Of a stretch of DNA of 64,000 nucleotides, positions 41,722-51,524 are shown piece by piece. Position numbers and translations under genes: made by a program. Numbering within the stretch: the first letter of the stretch is position 1; every line of letters begins with the position of its first letter. The notes beneath the pieces were generated by a model, which was given only the letters and a program-made list of their open reading frames with translations, was not told the DNA's origin and made no database searches. This stretch comes from a virus, in IMG/VR virus record IMGVR_UViG_3300030329_003334, positions 1 through 64,000 of that record. One strand, 5' to 3'.

Positions 41722-42864
41722 TTAAACAATATCATCACTATAATCATTATCATTAGCAGTAGCAAAAGTTACTTCTTTTAAAGTATCTAAAGCTCCATCT
41801 TGCCAAAATTGTAATAGATTAGGTTTAGACTTAAATTTATCGCGGTAGTATATTATTAAATCATCACTCGCTTTTTCATTGAAATGATTATTTAAATCTG
41901 CAGTTAATTCTTCTACTTTACGTTTATAAGATCTCATTTTACCTAATTCGTCTAAATCTTCTAAAATATTAGATACATATACTTCTGTATAATTCTGATT
42001 ATTTCCTGCTATAACACCTTCTAGCCCTTGAATTTTAGTTCTCAAATTGTTTTCTTTCTTTGTCTCTAATTTACTTGAAAGATCTGCAACGTGAGAAGGA
42101 GCTATAAGTTCACAACATTTCATTAAAGCTTCTATTTCATCTACTTCATAGATTAATTTTATCGCTTTAACTAAATTATGTAAATATGATGCAGTTCTAT
42201 CTGATACAGCTTCATATACTACTTTAATAAATTTAACGATGTTTTTATCACTAATTTGTTCTTTATTTATATCCTCTTTTGTAGGCATAGGAATATCCAA
42301 ATCTATAACTTTATTTTTCCATATGTCTTTAAATTGTCCTGCACCAACTCTTTCAACTTTTTGAGTTAATACAAATCTATCCCAAAAAGGATTTTCTAAT
42401 TCGTCTTCAGGTATTACATTACATGATCCAGCAAATACCGTCCAATCGCATTTCTTTATTTCATCTCCATAAAATAAAGCTTTTTCTCTCATTACAGATA
42501 ATAAAGTATTTCTTACTCCAGAAGTACCTTTATCTACCTCATTAATTAATAAAAATTCAGCATCTGCTATAGGCGCATCTATTTTATATTCTTTATCCTC
42601 CATTAAAGCTTTCATGTTTACTCTACCCTTAATTTCAGAAGTTTTAGTACCTTCATCTAATTCTATAATAAAAGTTTTATCTTTTACTAGATCAGAGTTA
42701 TAGTTATACTTTGCTGCAGCATAATCTATTAAGCATTGAGTTTTTCCAACACCTGGTTCTCCTAATAATAAAACGGGAAGTTGTGTTAACTCCCCGAGCG
42801 CTAGTACTTTAAATGTTTCTTCTTTTCCTACTAATCTTGTTTTAATTTTTCTTATTGTTGTCAT
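41722..42864 (-). CDS. MoxR/RavA-like AAA+ ATPase
   Basis: GEPGVGKT, LLINEVDK, NTLLSVMRE, FWDRF. Confidence 0.85.
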   Translation of the reverse strand: MTTIRKIKTRLVGKEETFKVLALGELTQLPVLLLGEPGVGKTQCLIDYAAAKYNYNSDLVKDKTFIIELDEGTKTSEIKGRVNMKALMEDKEYKIDAPIADAEFLLINEVDKGTSGVRNTLLSVMREKALFYGDEIKKCDWTVFAGSCNVIPEDELENPFWDRFVLTQKVERVGAGQFKDIWKNKVIDLDIPMPTKEDINKEQISDKNIVKFIKVVYEAVSDRTASYLHNLVKAIKLIYEVDEIEALMKCCELIAPSHVADLSSKLETKKENNLRTKIQGLEGVIAGNNQNYTEVYVSNILEDLDELGKMRSYKRKVEELTADLNNHFNEKASDDLIIYYRDKFKSKPNLLQFWQDGALDTLKEVTFATANDNDYSDDIV

Positions 42865-43903
42865 ATTTTTTAAATTGATTTAAGTTAATAATTCCACTGT
42901 TGTTATATACTTCTTTCTTTATTTCCCAGTTTTTAGTTTCTTGATGCCATTCTACCTCACTAATTAGTTCGGTTACACCTTTTACTCTTTTACCAGTATA
43001 TAAAGATTTGCCTCCGTTCCATCCTACTTCTAGATCTTCAGAGCTAGTTTTAAATATTAATGGTTGATTATTGCAAGCAGTTTCTGCAACTATAAATAAA
43101 AAAGGTTTTATTTCATATCCAGGATATAATATAGATAGATCTTTTTCTATAAATTTACTATAAATAGCTGCTTGTCTATAATAAGCATATTTTACATAAC
43201 TAGATTCAAAACTATATACAGGTTTTCCTGTAGTTTTTAAATCTATTGCTTGAATAGTTTTAAGATGATGATCTATAATAACTTTATCTATCATTCCTCT
43301 AATTATATACTGTTTTCCTGACTCAGTTATATATTCCATTTCAAATTCCAGCTGATTCTTTATTTCTTGTAAGGGCCCAGCTGTAATAAAATATTTACCA
43401 GTGTGCTCGGATGAAGTTAACATATTCACCATATTAACAGTTTGATTATATTCGTCTTCAGATAAGATAGTTTTATCTGTATTTTCTATTATAAAATTAA
43501 CATACTCTTGAATATTAGGATCTTCAAACTTTTTAATTACGGATTCAAATTTAATTTTAAATCCAGATGCTCCATATGCCATACCTCTTATTTCTTCTTC
43601 TAAAAATGAATCTTCAGCACAGTCTCTGTCTTTTTGCGCAGCAATTTTATACTTTATATACGCACTAATAAAATCTCCCATCATTCCACCAGGGGCTTCT
43701 AATTTAGAGACAACATATCTATTTTTAAATTCATCGGGCTCAGTAAGCATACAATCTACTGCTGATCCTTTTCTAAAAAAAGTTGTATCCTCTTCTTTAG
43801 GATTAAGTATATGTTCTCTATAAAATGTTGGACTATAATCCAATAAATTTAATGAAGAAAAACTTAACTTATGATTTTCTAATGTTTTTATTTGTTTTTC
43901 CAT
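42842..43903 (-). CDS. PD-(D/E)xK exonuclease (RecE/ExoVIII-like)
   Basis: SFSSL, GSAVD, GMID, IDLKT, YYRQAAIY. Confidence 0.85.
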   Translation of the reverse strand: MEKQIKTLENHKLSFSSLNLLDYSPTFYREHILNPKEEDTTFFRKGSAVDCMLTEPDEFKNRYVVSKLEAPGGMMGDFISAYIKYKIAAQKDRDCAEDSFLEEEIRGMAYGASGFKIKFESVIKKFEDPNIQEYVNFIIENTDKTILSEDEYNQTVNMVNMLTSSEHTGKYFITAGPLQEIKNQLEFEMEYITESGKQYIIRGMIDKVIIDHHLKTIQAIDLKTTGKPVYSFESSYVKYAYYRQAAIYSKFIEKDLSILYPGYEIKPFLFIVAETACNNQPLIFKTSSEDLEVGWNGGKSLYTGKRVKGVTELISEVEWHQETKNWEIKKEVYNNSGIINLNQFKKYDNNKKN

Positions 43904-43904
43904 T

Positions 43905-44498
43905 TTATATTATTTGTAAATTAAATACTAATTTTCTTTCGTCTACAGATTCTACATAAGATATTTGACCAGAACTTCTAACGATCTCTATACTATCATC
44001 AGATATTTTTCCACATTCTACCAAAGTATCCAAAAACCATTTAGTCCAGGGCCATAAATTATCACAATCCCACGGTTGACCTTCGTCTGGTTTATATATA
44101 TCTATCCATACTCTTAGATATTCTCCTTTCTTTAATTTTATTATAGGAAGTTCATCTATATAAGGTTTTAGATATTCATGTACCCATCGAGCTACTTTAG
44201 CTCTAGAATGATAGTTCAAGCTACCATCATATATTCTCTGCCCATTAATAGTCCAGTATTTAGGTTTACCTGCTACTAAAGGATTAGACAATACTCTGTT
44301 GCCCACAGAGTCTACTAAAAATCCTTTTTTATCCCAGTTATATTCTCCGCTTTTTAATCTTCTTTGATGTTTTTGAGGTAAATCTTCTGGTTTTAAAGAA
44401 TCTTTAATTTTATTATAATATTTAGCACGCCTTCTTTTTGAAATAGGGACTCTATTTTCAAAATTAGGGAGCACTACTTTCCACACATTTGCGCTCAT
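43905..44498 (-). CDS. RusA-like Holliday junction resolvase
   Basis: DCDNL...KWFLD...DDS. Confidence 0.7.
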   Translation of the reverse strand: MSANVWKVVLPNFENRVPISKRRRAKYYNKIKDSLKPEDLPQKHQRRLKSGEYNWDKKGFLVDSVGNRVLSNPLVAGKPKYWTINGQRIYDGSLNYHSRAKVARWVHEYLKPYIDELPIIKLKKGEYLRVWIDIYKPDEGQPWDCDNLWPWTKWFLDTLVECGKISDDSIEIVRSSGQISYVESVDERKLVFNLQII

Positions 44499-44499
44499 C

Positions 44500-45501
44500 T
44501 TAAATTAATTTGGTTAATAAATATTTTCCATTTTCACTTCCATACATACTTACATACTCACTTATATCTTTACAATGTGTTGAAGTAGGTATAAATACTA
44601 TTTTAGCATTAGGAAGTATTTTTTGTAATTCTTTTGCACCTTTAATACCTGCATCATCATTATCATATAATATAACTATATTCTTATATTGAAGATCTAA
44701 TGATTCGAGAATCTTATAGTCTATATGATTAGTTTCAGCTTGTGGTGCTATAGAATCTAAATTAAACGATCGTAAACACATCACGTCTTTCATTGATTTA
44801 GTGATCACGAGAGTTTCAGTTTCTTGTGTTAGTTGTGAAAATCCTTGAAGTTGTTTATTAGTTGCATTACTTAACCACTTATATTTACCTTTTTGAGCTT
44901 TAGGCCTATATACTTTTACTTTATTATCTCCAAGTCTATAACAATATATAGGGTTAGTTTTATAATATCTAAATATAAGTTTCTTATTTACAAATATATA
45001 TTTAGCTGAAAATACATTATATTCTTTAAGTATATTAATATCTATATTAAACTGAGCCCAGTATTCTAAATCTTCTTTAGTAAAATGCTGTGGTTTAAAT
45101 TGTATTAGAGTATTCTTTTTTTCTTTAATTACTTCATTTTTAAAACACTCATATTCAATTTTTTCTGTAATTACATTATTAGGGCCATTTAATCCTAAAT
45201 TCATATCAGAATTTATAATATTAAGTGAGGTATTAAAAGTAGATCCAGTTATTAACATAACTAAATCAAAACAACTACCTTGGTAGCCGTTAAAATCTTT
45301 AAATCTCATTTCTCCTCCAGGAGCATAATATATATTAAATGATGGATTTTTATCTTTTCTAAAGGGACTATGATACATTTTCCCTAATTTAAAATCAAAT
45401 CCTAAATAATGTCTAAATATTTCTTCTTCACTAGTAACATCAAGTATATCTTTTTTAGTTAAAGAGGGTTTATACTCTTCAACGTTTTCTAAATTATACA
45501 T
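44500..45501 (-). CDS. dnaG: DNA primase (crAss-type DnaG/TOPRIM)
   Basis: SPFRKDKNPSF, FKDF, ITKSMKD, YDNDxAG, KDISE. Confidence 0.88.
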   Translation of the reverse strand: MYNLENVEEYKPSLTKKDILDVTSEEEIFRHYLGFDFKLGKMYHSPFRKDKNPSFNIYYAPGGEMRFKDFNGYQGSCFDLVMLITGSTFNTSLNIINSDMNLGLNGPNNVITEKIEYECFKNEVIKEKKNTLIQFKPQHFTKEDLEYWAQFNIDINILKEYNVFSAKYIFVNKKLIFRYYKTNPIYCYRLGDNKVKVYRPKAQKGKYKWLSNATNKQLQGFSQLTQETETLVITKSMKDVMCLRSFNLDSIAPQAETNHIDYKILESLDLQYKNIVILYDNDDAGIKGAKELQKILPNAKIVFIPTSTHCKDISEYVSMYGSENGKYLLTKLI

Positions 45502-45523
45502 AATATTATAGTTTTGAAAGAAA

Positions 45524-45598
45524 CAGAAAAAGAGGAGTTTCGTCCTCTAGGAATGAACTTAATCGTCCTTTAGGCCTCTGTTATCTCCTCAGTTTCTG
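45524..45598 (-). ncRNA. Structured intergenic element upstream of primase
   Basis: CAGAAA/TTTCTG and GAGGAG/CTCCTC closing stem; internal 12-nt direct repeat. Confidence 0.55.
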
Positions 45599-45615
45599 AA
45601 TCAAGGTGGATCTTT

Positions 45616-46197
45616 CTAGAATGGCAAGTCATCTGAATCAGTAGAATTTACTTCTACTTCTGCTTTAGCGCTTTCTTTTTCCATTTTATCATTATTTCCA
45701 ATCTTTAATCCAGTTGGATTAGTTGTCATAATTTCGATAAAAGGACAGAAATTAGGTAAAGCAGCATAATCTCTGTAATTATATATAACTTTTAATCTTA
45801 TAAGAGTACCTTGATATTTGGTTCCCATAAAATTAATTAAATTATCACATAATTCATTGAAAGTACTTCCGCTAACTGAAAAAGAGTTTGGATCTACAAA
45901 TTTTGTACAGATATGCTTAATTCTAATAAGCATATTATTTACTCTTCTTTTTGTAGCTTCTTCTTTACTTTCGCCTTCTTTCTTATTCACTCTCTCAGGA
46001 TCTACATCCCATTCTAAGTGTTTAAGTTTGTTCCCTTCTAGGTCACTAAAACTAAAACATAAATAAGTACTACCATTGCTAGCAGTTTCTTTACTAATGT
46101 TTTCTAAAGTACAGTTATCGTTTATTCCTACAGGAATACTTGATACTGAACTTTGTTCTTGCACTTGCGTGCTCTGATTAATTTCATACATACTCAT
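45616..46197 (-). CDS. Putative single-stranded DNA-binding protein
   Basis: Acidic C-terminal tail DSDDLPF; position in replication module. Confidence 0.65.
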   Translation of the reverse strand: MSMYEINQSTQVQEQSSVSSIPVGINDNCTLENISKETASNGSTYLCFSFSDLEGNKLKHLEWDVDPERVNKKEGESKEEATKRRVNNMLIRIKHICTKFVDPNSFSVSGSTFNELCDNLINFMGTKYQGTLIRLKVIYNYRDYAALPNFCPFIEIMTTNPTGLKIGNNDKMEKESAKAEVEVNSTDSDDLPF

Positions 46198-46229
46198 AAT
46201 AATTTAAATTTAAATTGGTTACTAAAATA

Positions 46230-46916
46230 CTATTTTAATTCGAAATTAGCAAATGCATCATCTTCTTTTTCAACATTGCTATCTTCTTGATTATCAGACT
46301 GTTGTACTTCTTGAGAATCATCTGTATGATTTTCATTAGTACTATTGTCATGAATTTCACTACTAGAAGACGTAGAAACAACTTCACCTCCAGATTTTTC
46401 TATAGCTTGATGTAAATCATTTATAGTATCTTGAGCTTTTTGTTCATTACTTTTTTCACCAGGAGGATGTTCTTTTATATAAGCTACTGGTACATCTTCT
46501 GCTTCTTCTTCTATATTTTCTTCCCACCCATCATTATCTTCTTCAACTTTAACAATTTTATAAAATACATATTCAGGATAAGTTGTACTATATATAGCTT
46601 CTTCACATACATACATATCTTCTTCTCCAGTTCCTGGTAATCCCATATATGATCTTATATCTCTGTCATGAGGTATATTTTTAATATATCCTTGCTTATT
46701 TACAGCTACACCATCTCCATCAGGAGCAGTATATATATGTAAATCTTTTTCGCCTTCACTTGGGTATGCTATACCTATTCTGTTATTATTAGCGTCTATT
46801 TTTAATCTAGACATTAGTGCTGGTGATAGTCTCATTTGGCCTTCGCCTTTTAATTTTATAGCTAAACTATCTCCGAAAGAATTCAATCTTTCTCTTCTTT
46901 TTCCAATTAGTTTCAT
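46230..46916 (-). CDS. Hypothetical protein with long acidic tail
   Basis: 228-aa ORF co-oriented with neighbours. Confidence 0.7.
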   Translation of the reverse strand: MKLIGKRRERLNSFGDSLAIKLKGEGQMRLSPALMSRLKIDANNNRIGIAYPSEGEKDLHIYTAPDGDGVAVNKQGYIKNIPHDRDIRSYMGLPGTGEEDMYVCEEAIYSTTYPEYVFYKIVKVEEDNDGWEENIEEEAEDVPVAYIKEHPPGEKSNEQKAQDTINDLHQAIEKSGGEVVSTSSSSEIHDNSTNENHTDDSQEVQQSDNQEDSNVEKEDDAFANFELK

Positions 46917-46918
46917 AT

Positions 46919-47062
46919 TTATTTATTTTTATTTGGTTTATCAAAATTTTTCATGTTTTTCATGAATTTTTTATTATCTTCTATTTTAAGACCTTGCTCT
47001 AAAGCATATTTTGCTAGTAATATAGTTCCTATTATTACTAGTATTAAAATTAATATATACAT
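46919..47062 (-). CDS. Small membrane protein, 47 aa (not in ORF track)
   Basis: MYILILILVIIGTILLAKYALEQG...; fills the gap between neighbours. Confidence 0.7.
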   Translation of the reverse strand: MYILILILVIIGTILLAKYALEQGLKIEDNKKFMKNMKNFDKPNKNK

Positions 47063-47064
47063 AA

Positions 47065-47745
47065 TTAGTTATAATATTCGTTTATAGTTTTAATTACATT
47101 ACTTATATCATTTGGAATCTTAAATTCAAACATATCTCTAGGAGATTTTGCAGTTGTAGTTCCATCAGATTGAGTTATAAAATTATATATTCTCTCACCG
47201 TCAGCATTTAAAGACACGTCTGTAAATAATACTACAGTAAACATACCCTCCATAGTTATTACATTATCTACTAATTTGCCTACAGTTTTAAATTTAAGTC
47301 TTCTACTACCTGATAAATCTGTAGATTGCTCAGCATGCCCAATCATTACAAAATTAATATCTTCTCTCATATTTTTACCAGCTGTAGCGATCTCCCATGC
47401 ATGTAATCCTATCTCTGTAAATTTATCAAATCCACGTTCATTGGCCCTACGCATGTATTCATTAGCCATTATATATTGAAAATCATCTATAATTACATTC
47501 TTAATATGAGGCATATTTTCATCTATATGTTTCATAGTTTGTACTATAGTAGAAGCTCTATCAGATTCTATATAATTACCTTGAGGATTTTCTTTAGATA
47601 ATTTAGTATAATTACCTTTCCATCCTCTAAATGGCATAGGCTTATTACCTACATTTACAATGAATGTTTCTTTAGGGTCTAAGTTTTCTAAACTAGTGGA
47701 CTTCCCTGAACCACTTTCTCCGATAATTAAAATTTCTTGTGACAT
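47065..47745 (-). CDS. AAA_24 / Sak4-like ATPase
   Basis: GESGSGKST, IIDDFQY, KTVGKLVD, TAKSP. Confidence 0.85.
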   Translation of the reverse strand: MSQEILIIGESGSGKSTSLENLDPKETFIVNVGNKPMPFRGWKGNYTKLSKENPQGNYIESDRASTIVQTMKHIDENMPHIKNVIIDDFQYIMANEYMRRANERGFDKFTEIGLHAWEIATAGKNMREDINFVMIGHAEQSTDLSGSRRLKFKTVGKLVDNVITMEGMFTVVLFTDVSLNADGERIYNFITQSDGTTTAKSPRDMFEFKIPNDISNVIKTINEYYN

Positions 47746-47746
47746 T

Positions 47747-48790
47747 TTATTCTTTTTTGTTATTATTTATTTTATCTATATCTTCTATTTTTAACTGACC
47801 TTTTTCATCAGGTATATCATATTCATCTACTCTATTATATTTTAATATGTCTACCATACTCATTACTATTCCAGATTCTCCATCTCTATTTTTTAAAATA
47901 TGCCAATATATCATTGGTTGTGATGGTTTTTCAGGATTAATAACAGGTAAATGATGTGGGCCATATGTTTGCATATTAAGCATATATGGTTTATGTGTAA
48001 TTAAAACATAATCTGATCCATGAAATACAGCATCTGATCCAAAAATATCTTTTTTCATAGGATAATTTTGCATAGGATTAGTCATTCTATCAGATTTTTC
48101 TATCTCTCTATTTAACTGACTTATAACTATAAATATACATTTAATTTCCTTTTTAGCTAGCATCATCATTCTATATAATTTTACTAAACTTTCTCTTTCA
48201 CTGTCTCCAGCTTTATGTTTAGTTAATAAAGTGTGATCTATTAATATTACAGTTCCGTATTCTTCATCTTGAGTTTTAGTTTTTCTCATCTCATGAAAAT
48301 GCATAATAGTATGATACATCTCTTCTACTGTACCAGGAATATCTACATAATATATACTATATTTTCTAGATATACTATTTACTACATTCTCTGCTCGTTG
48401 ATACATTTCATCATCTAAGTCTTCATTGCTAGAATATAACTGACCTACAGTTCTATATAATTTATGAGATATTTTTCTACCTACTTGTTTCATTGCTAGC
48501 ATCTCAAAGTTAAATGATAATACTGAAAAATTTTCATCAGGATTGTTATCAAAAAGACTAGTTTCTAAATCATTTGCTATACTTGATTTACCAGAACCAG
48601 ACATTCCTGCTATTGTCATTATCACGTTCCAATCTAATCCACCCATAGTTGCTTTATTAAACTTATCCCATCTAGTTGCTAAAGAATGTACTAATCCTTT
48701 TCTACGTTGATCTATGTATTCTAAGATTTCTTTTCCTGCATTTCTAATATGAGAATAAGTTAATGTTTTTTTAGATGACTTTTCCTCCAT
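47747..48790 (-). CDS. dnaB: Replicative DnaB-family helicase
   Basis: GMSGSGKS, NFEM, LIDH, SQLNR, LKNRDG. Confidence 0.9.
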   Translation of the reverse strand: MEEKSSKKTLTYSHIRNAGKEILEYIDQRRKGLVHSLATRWDKFNKATMGGLDWNVIMTIAGMSGSGKSSIANDLETSLFDNNPDENFSVLSFNFEMLAMKQVGRKISHKLYRTVGQLYSSNEDLDDEMYQRAENVVNSISRKYSIYYVDIPGTVEEMYHTIMHFHEMRKTKTQDEEYGTVILIDHTLLTKHKAGDSERESLVKLYRMMMLAKKEIKCIFIVISQLNREIEKSDRMTNPMQNYPMKKDIFGSDAVFHGSDYVLITHKPYMLNMQTYGPHHLPVINPEKPSQPMIYWHILKNRDGESGIVMSMVDILKYNRVDEYDIPDEKGQLKIEDIDKINNNKKE

Positions 48791-49433
48791 AATCTATGTT
48801 GTTGTTGTTATTATTATTTGTATTTTTCATGTGCTCTTGTACATCTATATATACTTCATCTCTTAAATAATTTTTAAGAGTTTTAATATACATCATTTTT
48901 CCGCTTTTTTTCAAATTATCTACATAATAAGATAAAAGTTCTAACATTTTTTGATGCTTAAGTTTATTAGATTTTAAAATGCCTATATATATTTCTTTGC
49001 ATAATTTTTTCTGTAATCTTAAACTTGATTCTGCTCCATTAGATCTCAAAGTGCTTAAAGGATATGCTTCATAAAATTCTTCAAATTCTTTAATATACTT
49101 TTCTAATGCTAAATCGTTTAGATCATCATCTCCTAATAGTAAATTATCAGCTTTAGCGTCTGCAAAACTATCTACCATAGATTTAATAAATCTTATTCCT
49201 TTAGCGGTTGGCTTAAATCCATCCAAATTAACTTCTTTGGCATCTCTTCTCACCATTATATATTTTGCTTTGACTAAAGGAGCAACATCTTTCATTGTTA
49301 TTGTATCTATTTCTTTATAAGTACGTAATAAATATACTTTATTATATACATAACAATATATTATAAAATAATCTTTTAGACTTAAGTTATTATCTATTAA
49401 TATGTTGATAAAAGGTTTTCCAAATGGTATCAT
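48771..49433 (-). CDS. Putative replication initiator / helicase loader
   Basis: FEEFYEAYP motif; overlaps dnaB start. Confidence 0.5.
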   Translation of the reverse strand: MIPFGKPFINILIDNNLSLKDYFIIYCYVYNKVYLLRTYKEIDTITMKDVAPLVKAKYIMVRRDAKEVNLDGFKPTAKGIRFIKSMVDSFADAKADNLLLGDDDLNDLALEKYIKEFEEFYEAYPLSTLRSNGAESSLRLQKKLCKEIYIGILKSNKLKHQKMLELLSYYVDNLKKSGKMMYIKTLKNYLRDEVYIDVQEHMKNTNNNNNNNIDYGGKVI

Positions 49434-49666
49434 TTTCCTTTTTTAATTTCTGCTTCCCATTCAGCCCAAGTTTCATGCATTTGTTCTGCTTGTTCCGCTG
49501 TTATAAATTGTTTTTCTTTTAAATGTATTTTATGATCATGTTCTTCTTCAAAAAATATTTCTTTTGTTTTAGTAGCTTTATATATATTCCACAATTTTCC
49601 TCTAAAAAATATTCTTTTAATCTTTTCCTTCTTCTGGTTTGCTAGCTTTTTTAACTGTTGTATCAT
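49430..49666 (-). CDS. Hypothetical protein
   Basis: 78 aa, overlapping neighbours. Confidence 0.55.
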   Translation of the reverse strand: MIQQLKKLANQKKEKIKRIFFRGKLWNIYKATKTKEIFFEEEHDHKIHLKEKQFITAEQAEQMHETWAEWEAEIKKGK

Positions 49667-49955
49667 AATTTGTAAAGTTTAGTGAAATTAATAATAAAAT
49701 TATATATCCTGCTAGATCCCATAATGAATCTGCTGTCTTACTTGTAATTCCTCCATTTTGTAATCTATGTAGTTTATCATCTATTCTACAACATAATCCA
49801 AATTGTTTAGGAGTCATTGCTTCCATATTCGATTTTGTTCCAAATATAGGATCTCCTTGAGTAGCAGAATCACCATAGTCTTGATTTTTAGCAGTAAGTA
49901 AATTAATTAATTGTTCACCTACTTTTTTAATTTTCCATTGTGTGTGTTTTTCCAT
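49617..49955 (-). CDS. DUF1599 / nucleotide-modification-associated domain protein
   Basis: KNQDYGDS...RIDDKLHRL...DSLWDLAGY. Confidence 0.8.
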   Translation of the reverse strand: MEKHTQWKIKKVGEQLINLLTAKNQDYGDSATQGDPIFGTKSNMEAMTPKQFGLCCRIDDKLHRLQNGGITSKTADSLWDLAGYIILLLISLNFTNYDTTVKKASKPEEGKD

Positions 49956-49966
49956 AATTTTAATTT

Positions 49967-50080
49967 TAAAGGGCGAGGTCGGCCAAGTATTTATGGTGGC
50001 AGTCTCCCTATCATATAAACCACATTTGACATTTTTAAAGCTAGCTCGTTAGACTCTAAAATACTCAACCTGTTTGGCCC
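49967..50080 (-). ncRNA. Structured intergenic element (three-way junction + U tract)
   Basis: GGGC/GCCC and GGUUGAGUAUUU/AAAUACUUGGCC with G-U pairs on the - strand. Confidence 0.6.
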
Positions 50081-51259
50081 TTATGTTAATATTTCATTTA
50101 ATGTTTCTATCCATTCACAGTTATAATCATTTTGAGTTCTCTTTCGTACCCATTTAACTTCCTGAGTACCACGTACATAGAGATTTATATACAAAGCTTG
50201 TTTACCTTCTATCATTCTTAATACTCTACCTCTTCTTTGTATATTATCTAATGCTTTAGAACTACCTGCAGCACATATTCCAAGAGAACATTCTGGTACA
50301 TTTAAACCAGCATTTAATGCTTTAACAGAACTTATTAATCTTACTTTAGTTCTTCCATCACCGAATTCTTTGAGAGCTCGTTTCTTGTCTTTAAGTTTCA
50401 TTTTAGAATGAAAAGTTATACACTCTTCTCCTAAAATATCTTGTAGATTCTCCGCAAAGTTAATACTTTGACTAAAAACAAGACCCTTTCTGTTAGGAAA
50501 TTTATTAACAATTTTCTTGATTAATTCTACTTTATTTACAGCATTATAGCAAATATTTTTCCTTTTTTGCATTGCCATATAAAATATATTTGCCCATTTA
50601 GCTTCTTCTTTATCTTTAGAATTCTTTAATTTTGTAGCATTCTCAAAAGCTACAAATCTACCTCCTAATTCATTAGTTGCTTTATTAAATAATGTATCAA
50701 ATCTCTTATATTCTTTAACTTCTTCTTCGGTAAAACTTACTCCTAAATTATATACTTTATATGGTGATACTAATTCTAGATCTAATGCATCTAAAGTATC
50801 TGTTTTTTTAATTGTAGGCGCAAATCCTTTTAGATATTCTTTATATTCATCATTTTCTGGTTCTGTAGCTGTTAAACAATATATATTATCAAAACTATTA
50901 TTTTCGTATAAGTTTCTATATTCATAAGATAAAGTAGTATGTACTTCATCTACTATTAATATAGAACAGGTATAATTTTCCCATTTGTATACAGTTTGTA
51001 TACATTGTATATCTATTCGATCTTTATATTTAGATAATTTCCATTTTTTTAATTCATTTGGCCATTCATTATCTCTTAAATTTTCAGTAGGAACAACTAT
51101 TAAAGCCTTATTATATATATCTTTAGATAAAATATGATCAATTGCCATTAATCCCATTTTAGTTTTACCTATACCTGTAGCTGCTATAGAAGTTCCTTTA
51201 CAATTATTATTTATCCACGCATCTATATGTTCTTTTTGTTCTTTATCTTTATTATTCAT
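50081..51259 (-). CDS. Superfamily 2 helicase
   Basis: TGIGKT, VDEVH, TAT, QRRGRVLR. Confidence 0.9.
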   Translation of the reverse strand: MNNKDKEQKEHIDAWINNNCKGTSIAATGIGKTKMGLMAIDHILSKDIYNKALIVVPTENLRDNEWPNELKKWKLSKYKDRIDIQCIQTVYKWENYTCSILIVDEVHTTLSYEYRNLYENNSFDNIYCLTATEPENDEYKEYLKGFAPTIKKTDTLDALDLELVSPYKVYNLGVSFTEEEVKEYKRFDTLFNKATNELGGRFVAFENATKLKNSKDKEEAKWANIFYMAMQKRKNICYNAVNKVELIKKIVNKFPNRKGLVFSQSINFAENLQDILGEECITFHSKMKLKDKKRALKEFGDGRTKVRLISSVKALNAGLNVPECSLGICAAGSSKALDNIQRRGRVLRMIEGKQALYINLYVRGTQEVKWVRKRTQNDYNCEWIETLNEILT

Positions 51260-51507
51260 ATTAAAATATTTATAATTTTTCTAAATCTTGCCATTACTTG
51301 TGTAAAAGTTTTGGAAGATTTATTATAATACATTGGACTTAGAGGTACAAACTGATGCTTTTCCATTGTTTCATTTACTCCCTTTTGTAATCTTTTTTTA
51401 TTAGGACCTTCAGCTAAAATAACTTCTTCTATATCAGGCATAAACCTATCGTGAGGCCCTCTGTCATTACCAAAAAGCTGTTTTTTCTTTTTTGTTTGTT
51501 TTTTCAT
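51256..51507 (-). CDS. Hypothetical basic protein
   Basis: 83 aa; 4-nt overlap with helicase. Confidence 0.6.
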   Translation of the reverse strand: MKKQTKKKKQLFGNDRGPHDRFMPDIEEVILAEGPNKKRLQKGVNETMEKHQFVPLSPMYYNKSSKTFTQVMARFRKIINILI

Positions 51508-51524
51508 GTTGTGTGTAATTTAAT

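Noticed and set aside
44500-45501. Inactive primase because TOPRIM Glu is replaced (ITKS)
   Set aside because: To my knowledge the TKSxKD variant is typical of crAss-like primases, so it is not evidence of decay
45530-45595. Hammerhead ribozyme (CUGAGGA...CGAAAC on - strand)
   Set aside because: Stem II cannot form and no cleavage triplet is correctly placed
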